Shown in pieces: positions 1 through 11,469 of a stretch of DNA of 64,000 bases. Numbering within the stretch: position 1 is the first letter of the stretch; each line of letters starts with the position of its first letter. The translations under genes were made by a program, and so were the position numbers. The notes beneath the pieces were generated by a model. That model did not search any database and was not told where the DNA came from. It was given only the letters and a program-made list of their open reading frames with translations. Source of the DNA: the human T2T-CHM13v2.0 reference genome, Homo sapiens; assembly GCF_009914755.1 (NCBI RefSeq), contig NC_060943.1, one strand, 5' to 3'.

Positions 1-45
1 CCAGGTTATATGCTGTGTGCAGGGAGGGGCTGAGAGGGGCCCCAT
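1..45 (-). CDS. PSG7: PSG exon 1 (leader peptide), 5' part; gene continues off the left edge
   Basis: Reverse complement of 45..1 is ATGGGGCCCCTCTCAGCCCCTCCCTGCACACAGCATATAACCTGG = MGPLSAPPCTQHITW, preceded by the PSG 5'UTR ...GCAGAGACC. As recalled, QHITW fits PSG5/6/7, and the absence of another intact PSG in the next 64 kb favours PSG7. The family call is secure; the paralog call is an inference. Confidence 0.75.
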   Translation of the reverse strand, partial: MGPLSAPPCTQHITW

Positions 46-300
46 GGTCTCTGCTCCCTGCGTGTTCTCCTCTGTGGAGATGAGCCTAGGATCCAGAATC
101 TTCCTGAGCACGGCTGTCAGCTGTGCTGTCCTTCCTCCTTCTGCACTGAGCCTCTTCCCGGGGCAGGAGCACTTCTCAAGCTCATGGGTGGGGTCAGGCC
201 CAGGACACCTCTCTGTCCCCTCCTCTCTCAGTTCTGCCTCCTTGTCCCTCCTTCTGTTTTTCCTTTTGTCTGTGTTTCAGGTCCCTGGGAATTGTGGAGC
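46..300 (-). promoter_or_regulatory. PSG 5'UTR and TATA-less core promoter with CACCC box and overlapping DR5 element
   Basis: GGGTGGGG at 186-193 (CCCCACCC on minus, about -148 to -141 from ATG), the KLF/Sp core element of PSG promoters. GGGTCA-n5-AGGACA at 191-207 is a RARE-like DR5. Confidence 0.8.
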
Positions 301-339
301 CCTCTGCCTTTTTCAGCAGTGATTCTTTCACCAAACCTC

Positions 340-440
340 AACACACACTTTGTGCAGACACACACACACACACACACACATACACACACACACACACACA
401 CAGAAGAGACACACACAGACCCACAGAGTCACACACATAC
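340..440. repeat. (CA)n microsatellite in PSG proximal promoter
   Basis: About 22 near-perfect CA units at 358-402 with degenerate CA flanks. Confidence 0.97.
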
Positions 441-2479
441 CCTGCAGGTTGGGCAAGCGCAGTCCTGGGCCTCAGCCTCCTGCTCTCCGCATGGCTCTGG
501 TTAGGGGTGCACATTCACGCCCTTTGGCCTCTTTCATCCCCATCTGGCTCTCCCCTGCAGTGCAGGAGGCTGAAGCTGCACCAGGTCCCTGTCACAGTGA
601 TGCCCCATTGTGCTGTGTGTGAACTGTGTGTTTCCTGGTGAGAGGGACCCTTCCTTTCTCTAATCGTGTCTAGCTTGGCTGCAGCTTCCAAGGATGGACG
701 TTCAGGACCTGGGTGTCCCAGAGGAAACTGTCCTTCCTAGAGGTGTGCAGGGTGAATCTCTCATGCCTCTTGGGAGGAGAGGCCTGTGCTGATTGCTCAG
801 TGGGGGCTGTAAGTCCCATAGTCAAAGAGAGAGTTCTCGGTCACTCTTTGGCTCCCTGGGGTCTGGCGGCTGAGCTGGAGCTCAGGATTTCTCGTGTTCT
901 TCCTGACCATCTTTGATGTCCTCTCTTATGTGCCCAGCTGATTGTCCTGTGGTCACCACACCTTCCCTGTGGTGGTGCAGGTGGCAGTGAAGAGTTACCC
1001 AGGAAACCCGCGGGACATGGCTCGTTGAGACACAGGAGGGGGAGCCTGGGACAGAGCAGGGGTTCAGAGCTGGAGAGATTCATCCTGACTTACTCCGTGG
1101 CCATGATGGGCTCAGCCCTCCATGTGCCGACATACCCAGGGGTCTGTCCTGAGGGTTTTGACCTGGCCAAGCTGCTGTGTGTAGAGGAGGAACAGGCAGT
1201 GGCCAGAGATCCTGTCTGCAGGGACGTTGCTCACGCCTGAGATGGTGGGTGGGGGTGAGTTGTGTTCTGGGAGCAAAGAGCAATAACACCCCCCTTTCCC
1301 CGCAAGCACACAGGAGAGGTCTGTCTTCCCAAGGGACAGCTGGGGGTAGGTGGCCACATCCCAGATGGTGCCTGTGTGTGACCATCACACACGATCTAAG
1401 CCACCAGGGGTTCAGCGGGCAGGCAGGTCACAGGGTGCCTGGCTGATTCCCGGGGAGGCTGTGGGCCCTTAGGCAGCCGCTGATCTGTGTCAGCTCTAGG
1501 CTTCGCCTGCGAAGCCCCAGAGAACAGGACAGATGGAGCAGGGGTGGGCATTTAGGGAGCAGTGACAGAAAGAGTTGATGAGGATGGAGGGAGTTCACGA
1601 GGGGAAAGCGCCCAGTGTGGCGTTGCGTGCACCAGAGCTGCCCTGGGAGATGCCTTTAGCTGGGCCCAGGGAAGGAGCAGGTGTGCGGGGAGGAGCTACC
1701 TGCAGGGGGAGTGGTGTTAGGTTGGTGGCTGCCAGGTCAGGGAGGAGCTGACAGAGTCCATGTGGGGAACATGGAGGGCGCGCTGAGGACTTGAGCCGAA
1801 GTGACCCTGGTGAGGGTGGACCCTGCTGGGCTGTGGGTTCCGCTGAGGGAGGTTGGCATCCCCTGGGAAGGCTCCAGGCTGGGAGGGACTCTGTCACCCT
1901 CTGTTGGACAGGGAGGGAAGTGTGAACGGCAGCAATCCCAGGCCAGGCTGCATGTTTTATTCCATGTGGATCTGCACACTTCACACGAGATCACACATAT
2001 GTTATGTTACAGCTCCTTCACCTTCCAGCCCCGTGAGTCCCAGTCTCTGTGGCTCTACGTTCACTGTTCTCCCTCTTTCACAATCAGATGTCCCAAACGC
2101 AGATTTTTGTCACCTTCTGTGAGTTTGTGTTTGTGTGCAGTAGGCGGCACTGTGTATACCCTGGGGGCAGTGATGTCTGGGGCTGAGCAGTGCACGTGGG
2201 CTTGGGAGCAGAAGAGGGAGCAGCAGGGTGGGAAGATCAACGTCAGGGGGGCAGGGACAAGTCATTTTCATTTTCTCACTCCCAGGGACCAGAACCCAGG
2301 ATTCTGACTCCAGGGCAGAGTACCACACCCTGCTTGTGTCCCTGGATATCATGATGCTCATAGTGTCATGTTGCCTTGGCATTCACTTTTTAAGGTGTAA
2401 GTTTATTGGCCTCAAATCAGAGGCAGGGCTTGTACACCATGGCCGTTTTCAATACTGTGTCTGGTTCAAGTGGCTCCAG

Positions 2480-2880
2480 TTGGTGGCCAGAGATAAAATC
2501 TTAGAGGCATCTCTCCTGCTTGGTGTGCTGGGTTCCCCTCTCTCCAGCTGCTTTCTTTAAACTGATAATTCTGACATTTGCCCTCACATTTAAAGTGACC
2601 ATCTCTCAGTCACAGCTTGAGCTCTTGGTCCCAGTGTTTGCTGCTTGCTTTGAACACATCCATTAAAGCTCCCTGCCTGAAACCTGTCAGATAACACCCT
2701 GGACCTAATAAAGCCATTGGCTTACCGGTCTCTTCTCTCCTCCCTGCCTGGGCTCACTGAACACTGTGTCTGTGGCCTCCACGTGCGCCGAGTGCTCCCT
2801 AGTGTCTGTAAGTAGTAAAAATACTTATATTTTCACGTTCTGGTTGTATCATTGTAGCCTCACATGCCATCCAGGGCCTG
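2480..2880 (+). mobile_element. Old ERVL-type LTR (MER74/MER73-like)
   Basis: LTR-like layout with AATAAAG followed by a pyrimidine tract and GTAAGTAGTAAAA. Subfamily uncertain. Confidence 0.4.
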
Positions 2881-3119
2881 ATATTGAGGCTGCCCTATGG
2901 GACCTGTGCTGGTTGAGCCCCTGCTGGAGCTCTTGTTTTGGGACCTCTGGTTCTCTTGGGGACAGGAGCTTCCAGCTAACTTGATTGAAAACCTGATGTC
3001 TTTCATTGAAACACTGGGTCAGATGATGTATTCATGGGCTTCAGCTGCCATAACAAACACCTTAGCCTGGGTGAATTAAATAATAGAAATCTGTTTTTCA
3101 CAGTTCTGTGAATAATGTG

Positions 3120-4560
3120 CTATTCTAACCACTTTAAAATGCACAATCAGGTGAAATTAACCACATACACAGTGTTAAATTACCCTCACCACTATTTTTC
3201 CTAGAAAATTGTTATCATTTTAAACTGAAACTTTGTATCTTTTAAACAATAACTCCCTGTATGTTCCACCCTAGGCCTTGATCACCTCTACTCTGTCTCT
3301 ATGAATTTGCCTATTCTTGATGTTTCATATAAATGGAATTATACAATTATGTTATTTTGTTTCTGACATATTTCACTTAGCATAATGTTTCCCAAGTCTA
3401 TGCATGTTCCAGTGGGTGTCAGAGCTTCCTTCCTCTTTATGGCAGATTATCATTCTGTTGTATGTGTCACCATATTTGTTTATTCATGTGTTGATGAACA
3501 CTTGGATTGTTTTCATATTTTATCTTTTGTGAATAATGCTGCAATGAACATTCCCATGCAAGTACCTGTTTGAGTCCCTGGATTTAATTCTTTGGGTACA
3601 TACTTAGGAATGGATGTTGTTTCAAATGAGAATTCTATGATTAGCTTTTTGAGGAACAGCAAAGCTTTTTCTCTTAGCGGCTGTACCTTTTCATATTCTC
3701 ACCAGCAATGTATGAGGATTCCAAATTCTACATAATGCTGCTACTTGTTATTTAACATTTTAAAAGAATGGTAGCCAGTTTTGTAGGTGTGATGTGGTGT
3801 CTCATTGCAGCTTTGACTTTGTATTTTCCTAATGACTAATGATGTTGAGTATCTTTTCATGTCCTTCTTGACTCTTGGTATATCTTCTTTGAAGAAATGT
3901 CTATATGAGTCTTTTGCCCATTTATAAATTGGATGCTTTCTCCTTTTGTTATTGAGTTGTAGCTAGTTTTTTATATTATCTGGACATGAAACCTGTCTAT
4001 ATGTGGTTTGCAAATATTTTCTCTCATCTGTGTATATTAATTATTTTCTTGATAATTTCCTTTGATGCACAAAAAGCTCACATCTTGATAAAGCCCAATT
4101 TATCTTGTTTTTCTTGTTTCTCATGCTTTCGTATCATATCTAGGAATCCACTGGACACTTGAGGTCATCAATATTTACCTCTATGTCTATTTTAAGATGT
4201 TTTTATGGTTATATATCTGATATTTAACTCACTGATCAATTTTTTAGGGAATTGTTTGATATGGTGAGAGGTAGGGTTATCTAAATTCACTGTTTTGCAT
4301 GTGGTTATCTAGTGGTTTCTGCACTATGATTTGAAAGGAGAATTGTTCCTCCATTAAACTGTCTTGACACCCTCTTCAAAGTGTAATTGGCCATAAGTGT
4401 GAGGGTTTATTTCTAGACTCTCAATTCTATCCCATTTGTCTTTATGTCTATTCTTTTGCCAGCAACTTGTGTTTTAATAATTGTACTCCTTTGTGAGATT
4501 TCAAATAAGAAAGTTCAAGTCCTACAATTTATTTTGGCAAGATTCTTTTGGCTATTCAGG
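3120..4560 (-). mobile_element. L1M (L1MB-like) 3' fragment, preceded by a short MaLR LTR piece at about 3025-3110
   Basis: Typical antisense L1M motifs: TTTCACTTAGCATAATG, GATGAACACTTGGATTGTTT, CTAATGACTAATGATGTTGAG. Confidence 0.85.
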
Positions 4561-4877
4561 GGTACTTTTTTGAGAGGTGGGGAGGCCAATGTTTCACAAT
4601 TGGGAAAGCCTTTTCTGTCTTCTTCAGGGGGAAATTTGGGAGAACCTTTAAGAAACTTTACCTAAGCAGGTAAACTGTCACCACTTTATTTGCTGAAGTG
4701 CTATGTTAAAGTGTGCATTGCCTCTTGTGGAAGAATTATGAGACCCTGGAAGCACCTGCCCAGGTGGTGAGAGACAGTGAATTCCATGATGAGGGGCAGA
4801 GAGGACATTGTTTTGGGATACAGTGTTGTTGGGGGAGTTGTACACATCTCAACTTCTTTATGTCTCTGTACAGTGGG

Positions 4878-5876
4878 TGTAGGGAGCAGCTCCATAGGGT
4901 CAGTGGGTTTTTCTCCCCGTGTGCAGAGACGTGAGATTGTAGAAATAAAGACGCAAGACAAAAAGATAAAAGACAGCTGAGCCTGGGGGACCACTACCAC
5001 CAAGATGCAGAGATAGGTAGTGGCCCCGAATGCCAGGCTGTGCTGATATTTATTGGAAAGAAGACAAAGGGGCAGGATAAGCAGTGTGAGCCATCTCCAA
5101 TGATAGGTAAGGTCACATGGGTCATGTGTCCACTGGACAGGGGGCCCTTCCCTGCCTGGCAGCTGAAGCAGAGAAAGAGAGAAGAAAGAGAGAGAGAGCT
5201 TACACCATTATTTCTGCTTATTAGAGACTTTTAGTACTTTCACTAATTTGCTACTGCTAACTAAACAGCAGAGCCAGTTGTACAGGATGGACTATGAAGG
5301 CGGACTAGGAGTGTGACCACTTAAGCACAGCACCATAGGGAGACGGTTAGGCCTCTTGATAACTGCGGGTCGACCTGACTAATGTCAAGCTCTCCACAAG
5401 AGGTGAAGGAGTAGAGTCTTCTCTCAACTCCCTCGGGGAAAGGGAGACTCCCATTCCTGGTCGGTTAAGTAGCAGGTGTTTTTCCTTGACACTGAGACAA
5501 TCACTACTTCATGGTTCGCCTGGCAACCTGCATCTTCCCAGACGCTGGTGTTACCGCTACACGAAAGATCCCTCTAGTGGCCCTGTCTGGGCATAACAGA
5601 AGGCTCGCACTCTTGTCTTCTGGTCACTTCTCACTATGTCTCCCCAGCTCCTATCTCTGTATAGCCTGGCTTTTCCTAGGTTATGATTATAGAGCGAGGA
5701 TTATTATAAATTGGAACAAAGAGAAATTGCTGCCAACTAATGATTAATGATATTCGTATATAATCATATCTAAGATCTATATCTGGTATAACTATTCTTC
5801 TTTTATATTCTATGATAATGGAGCAGCTCGTGCCCTCAGTCTCTTGCCTCAGCACCTTGGTGGCTTGGTGCCCAGA
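4878..5876 (-). mobile_element. Solo LTR13-like (ERVK group) LTR
   Basis: About 1 kb. The minus-strand start ...AAGCCACCAAGGTGCTGAGGCAAGAGACTGAGGGCACGAGCTG matches the recalled LTR13 consensus. Perfect 6-bp TSD AGTGGG at 4872-4877 and 5877-5882. Confidence 0.85.
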
Positions 5877-6379
5877 AGTGGGCATCTCCGTTGGACACAG
5901 TAGGTTTTAAAATCCTTGTTTATCCTCTGGTGTCTGGGTCTTGGCTTAGCTGTTCGCTGCAGCTGAAAGAGGTGTCTGCTAAGGCAATGACACCTGTGGG
6001 GAGGAGAAGGGTTCAGCAGAGTGAAAGTAGCTGGGGCTCAGAGAAGACAGGAAAGTCTGACTCTTTGAAACTGTGGGTCAGCTGATGGGTGTCCTCAGGG
6101 GTACATGGGCCATGCCAGTAGCCACTGCAGTGGACTGGAAGAAGGTAAGGAATGCCAGGTATCCCATGTTCTCTCTCAGCTCTGCAGCTGAAGATTTCGG
6201 CCCTGGGCTGGTACGGCCCTGAAGCAGGGGAAGGGTACACAGGAATGGCTGCATATCAGGACCAAGTCCATGTCATCTTCTCAGGCATTGTTACTGCAGA
6301 TGGAGGATTGTGTTCAGAGACCTGGCCTGGACACATGGGAGGGCCCACCCCATTCTATTAAAATTATTTTAAGAGAACA

Positions 6380-7071
6380 GTATTAGCAAATGTGGTACAT
6401 GTTTTATTCTGCTAGAATCAGTCTTGCTGTCATATTTTACAATGTATCTCTTAGGAAATGGTGAGAGTCATCCACACAATGTGGATTTAAAGGGGACTCT
6501 ACTATAATTTCAGCTTTCCTACTCTTTATAGAAACCATCTTCTCTGCAAACACACAGGAAATATCTCTGTTCATTTCTATTGGGAGCCCTGTATGTGAGG
6601 TGAGGTGGAGAGTGCCACATTTCCCTTGAGATGTTATGTAAAAGTTTGAGGTTGAGATGACATATCTGACACTCTGTTGTTACCCTCAGAAGCTACTACA
6701 TGTGAAATTCTAATGACTGCATTATCCTGCCAAGTGAAAGAGGCAGGCACAAGCAAGGACAGCTAAGAGGGGTGAGAGCCTCATCATGATGGGGAGTCTT
6801 ATTCTGACATCTTGGGAAAAACTGTCCACGTGTGAAGTCATCAACTTGTTTTCCTTGTTTACAGTTTGAGCAGCTGTTGTTATGGTGTTGAACATTTTGG
6901 TGAGTTCTGAGTGGCTCAGACATCAGGTACAAGGATTTTCCCATGAAATTTACATTGAGTTGTCCAACTCTGACTTATAGGGCTTCTGGAACAGAGTGGG
7001 TCTTGCTCTTTGAGGTTCCATGGGAGAAGATGGAATTGGAGGAACTAGTAGAATTCAGGGTAATGTCCAGT
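6380..7071 (-). pseudogene. PSG-type terminal exon (xWTLP* plus 3'UTR and poly(A) signal) of the CEACAM pseudogene
   Basis: Acceptor TTTTTATTATCCACCTGTAG| at 7072, then AC TGG ACA TTA CCC TGA (stop 7057-7055), like the PSG DWTVP/DWTLP tails. AATAAA on minus at 6408-6403 in the context GCAGAATAAAACATGTACCAC, as recalled for PSG mRNA ends. Confidence 0.8.
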
Positions 7072-8275
7072 CTACAGGTGGATAATAAAAACACAGAAAC
7101 AATGAACAGAGCTGCAATCTCATAACAGGTGTACTACAGTATTATTTTCCACATAATTTTTCTCTCTATGGGCATCTCTAGTTTTACCAATGATAATTTC
7201 AGTAGAATATGTTTGTTTGCAAAATAGGTTGAGTTTCTTCAAACTTGGTCTGATTGTTTACATAAGCGCAGCAAGAGTAGCAATGGACCATGTAGGCTCT
7301 CTTTTAAAGTTTTCTTTGCTCTAAGTTTTTTTAAGGAATCTGAGATTAAATTTTACAAACCTCCTGAGAATAGGAAGCCAAACCAAGGCTGATTTCAGAC
7401 TTTGCCTGCAGTTCATACTGGTTCATTCTATCTATATTCTTAATATAACATCCCAGTCAAAGCCTTGGTAATATAACCAATGATTTCAAATGTGTCCTGT
7501 TAAAAAGAGAGCAGATTGTTACTGTACTTGTGTAAATATCTGTATTACCATAAACATGTCAACACTCAGGAATAGTTGCCCAATTCTGGGGCAGTCAGGT
7601 AGAGAGCAAAAGTAAATATTTGAATTATTGTTCCCAGAAGTATAGTTTATTGAACTGCTGTGAGCTATAGATAGATTAAAGAAAAAAATTCCATAAATCT
7701 AGAAAACAAACCATTTAAAGAATCAGCAAATTTTCAAATAAAAATCATAAAAACATTATCCTCATTATTATCAATTCTTTCAATGAAATCAATGTTTTTC
7801 CTGCTTGGTCTAGGCTGAGAATTTTATGAAGATATCAGCCTGTTTCTTAAAGTTTTGGAAGTTCTTAGACAGTCCGGTGGTATAATGTGAAAATTATCAG
7901 AAACTTGTATTAGAGAGTACTTGTCAGCATCTTTTCCATAAATCTCCTTGAAAAGGAAGCAATTTTGGACTGTAGCTGATTGGAAATGCTTTGAGGAAGA
8001 ACAAAAACAACATCTGTGAATGACAAAGATTTTGAATGACTATGGTTAAAACTCTGATGAGAATTCATTATGATAACACAGCTCACATAAAAAGTTAGTT
8101 ACTTCTGTGGTATATGACATTATGGCTGATAACATATTTAATTTCTAGGAATCTCATACAATTTCTGGAACCATCATATCAGTAACATATCCATAAATAT
8201 AACAGAGAAGGTTTAGCATCCTTTGCCACTTATGATTTGAAAATGCTTTTCATATAATTTTACATATCAAATAAA
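6640..8275. mobile_element. ERV1 MER4-group internal sequence (MER65-int-like), copy 1
   Basis: AT-rich non-coding ERV-like sequence that aligns by eye over about 1.4 kb with 19850-21260. It contains the PSG/CEACAM terminal-exon acceptors. Confidence 0.65.
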
Positions 8276-9535
8276 GTGGCATTTCCATGTAGCTTGTGTT
8301 TCTCAACAGGATTACTGAGTTCTTGGTGGAGGCCATTAATGAATAGGGCCAAGAAACTATAGGCTTATGTATGCTGAAAAATTTCCCTAGATAATTCCAA
8401 TACTCCCAGCTAATAATCATGAACTTAGGTCTAAGTTTTACCTATTAGAACAGCTGTTCTTTATCCTGGTTACACATTAGTAGCATCTGGGAAGACTTAA
8501 AAATTACCAATGCCTGAGTCTCACTTTAGACCATTAAATTGGATCCTAAGGGTGGGGCTTGGGCATCCATTTAAAAAAATGTTTTCTGGTGATTCCAATG
8601 TGTAGCTGTATTTCCCCTCAGATTTCTCTGATTTCTTGTGGCATTCACTTTTTTCTATTTTGGTATTATAATTATTTTTTGGGTCTTATCATCTATCTTA
8701 GGCTTTATGTTCCTTGGGGTAGAAACCTTGCCTTCTTCATTTCTGTATCTTTCATGAACATATGAGTTGGTCATCAGAAAAATGTTCTCAATCAAATGTA
8801 GGTTGTGTTCTGATTCACAGGTTTACACATTAATGCTTGAGTCATTGTTCCCTGGGAGGTCAGAGGTTGCTTGTGATGAAGGGTATGGGTAAGCCCATAC
8901 TGCAGATGGTAGATGGGAGATCACCCTGTTTTTAGCCATAGCATTGGAACTAAGCATTCTATGTGTATATCAGGTGGAGGGGAAGGGATGTGTAGAAAGA
9001 GAGATTTAATTAGAATGGAGGAATTATACTGGAGAATAGAAGGAATGGAAGCAATAAAAATTAGTAAAGAGAAGAAATGTGAACTTATCAAATAGACAAG
9101 AGTAGATCCCTGAAGATTTTTGAATAGGCGAGTTAACTAGAACTTAGGAAGGTAACAGGGTAGTCATACACAAGGAAGATTTCAAAGACTGGAGATAAGT
9201 CAGGCAATACCTCTAGCAGTTGTTGAGGTTGTGGGAATGGAGAGAATGACGCAAGTGAGAGATGTTAAAAAAAAGGATCAAGAGGGTTTTATAAGGTATT
9301 GAATCTGGGAAACAAATGAGCAGAGGCTGAGGATAATCATTTGTAGGAGACAGTGGGGTACAGGGAGCATGAAGAACAGGGGAGAAGAGACCTGCAGGAA
9401 TAAGTGCTGAGAAGCAGGAGTTTAGTGGGAGGAGTAGGAGATCCAGTCCCAAATACTGGCAAAGAAGTCCTTTCCCTCTCCCAAGCATGGTAGTCAGCCC
9501 TGCAGGAAACAGGACAAAAGGAAAGGCCATCATAC

Positions 9536-9663
9536 CTGCCAGTCTTCCTGAAATAAACTACACCAGGGCTGCTAGATCAGAGCCACACTGGCCAGTACTC
9601 CAATCATGATGCTGACAGTGGCTCTACCTGAAAGGCCTGGAAAACTTCCTTGTACTGAAGTAT
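9536..9663 (-). pseudogene. CEACAM M exon (GPI-anchor signal), reading frame intact
   Basis: Acceptor TTTTCTTTCCATGACAG| at 9664. The phase-1 frame gives xTSVQGSFPGLSGRATVSIMIGVLASVALI* (TAG 9574-9572), close to the CEACAM8 C-terminus. Donor GGCAG|GTATG at 9535. Confidence 0.92.
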
Positions 9664-10622
9664 CTGTCATGGAAAGAAAAGAAGAGAAGGAATAAAGGTG
9701 ATGTTATTTTACAGTGTGGTACCTTAGGAACCATCACTAAGTATTTAGTAGTTTCTACTTTTTCCTTCGGGGATTACATTAATTTTGTGGGACGGTTGCT
9801 GGTAGATGATTAGCCAACTATATTCTTGCAGTTTTTTTCTCTCTCAATGTGTTTCTAGGTTAGTGATCAGTCTTCTGTCAATTTCATCCTGACCATGCTG
9901 CACTCAGATATTTTTGAAGGCTTTATGATGTGAGAAAGGCTGACTGCTATTTTCTGTGTCATTAGAACTTTGTACCCTTTTATGGTTGCATCTTTTTCTC
10001 AGTGTGTCAGTTGTGGTAGGCATGAATAAGACTCTGTCAGGTCACCATGGCAGCTTGTGTTTCTCAAGAGGATTACTGAGTTCTTGGTGGAGCACATTAA
10101 TGAATAGGACCGAGAAAGTATAGGCTTATGTATGTTGAAAAATGTCCCTAGGTAATTCCAGCACTCCCAGCTAATAGTTGATTAATTAATAATCAATTGA
10201 CTTGATTGACAGAAGGCCCAAATCAGTGCATTCCAGACTGACAACCTACTTTGCATAGGGTCCTCACTTTCCTGAAGCTCCCAGCAGGGATATGAAAGCA
10301 AGCCCAGTTCTAAGAGACTCTGTTTTATTCTCCTGGGTGACTGGTGGGAAGACTCCCCATCAGTCTTCCCATGCTCTCTTTGAACTGTAGCTAAATCTTC
10401 TGTCTCTTTCTCCTTCGCAGGAATCAGATTTGCATAGTGGTCCCAAAGCTCCCCAGATTTTTAAGCCTGCCCCACCTTCCCTCACAGACATTTTTCCTAA
10501 TACATTATCCTGCATGTCTAATCTCATCTCGGATGCATCTCAGTGGGCATAAACTAACATACCAGGCTTGATTTTTTTGCACTTAGCTTTTTTCTGTCTC
10601 TCCCACATGTAGCCAGTAACCA

Positions 10623-11181
10623 TGTCCTAGTGTTTTATGTGTTACCTCTTTTTTCATGTTTATAGGGAAAAAATATGTTTCCATATACTTATTTATATGT
10701 AATATATATAATAAAATGTGTAATATAAAATGTATAATAATGTAAAACGTATACACATTTTCCATATATGTATATGGAAAAAGAGGTAACACATAAAACA
10801 CCAGGACATTTACGTATAATAAAATTGACATAAGTTATATATGTATGTAGTGTCTGGTAGTCTTACCCTCTTTATAAATACACACTTTCTATCACTGCCC
10901 CTTCCTTCCTTCCCATGTAGAGCTCCCATGGCCAAATCTCCCTATTTCTCCAAGTTTGTGTCACTCACTGTCCTCTGTGCTGTGTCCCATGTGCTGTGTC
11001 CGCAGCCTCCTAGTGTTTTATGTGTTCTCTGTTTCTATATATATATGGAAAAAGCATATACATATTTCTCTGTGTATATTTATATACAATATATAATAAT
11101 ATAAAAATATAGAATATATAACAATTTAAGATATATACATATTTCCATATCTATGAAAAAAGGTAACACATAAACACTAGG
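10623..11181. repeat. Two tandem AT-rich foldback units
   Basis: Arms 10623-10657 and 10774-10808 are 33/35 reverse-complementary. A second unit has arms 11009-11026 and 11165-11181. Confidence 0.9.
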
Positions 11182-11469
11182 CCATTTATATATAAAATTC
11201 TCATATGTAATATAAATGCCAATTTTATCATATATAAATAAGTATATACACTATAGACTTATCATATATAAGGTGAATTTGGAATGCCCTGACCTGGGCC
11301 CTCTGTCAGTCAAGTCCTTGCCATGGAGGCCATTCATGGCTGCCACAACTGAGACACCGAGAGAAAGATGCAACTATGAAAAGGTGAAAAGTTCTAAACT
11401 CATAGAAAACAGCAATCAGCCTTTCTCATATCCCAAAATTTTCAAAAATATCTGAGTGCAGCATGTCCA

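Noticed and set aside
17-2560. Many overlapping 60-170 aa ORFs upstream of the PSG
   Set aside because: GC-rich promoter and CA-repeat translations with no recognisable domains.
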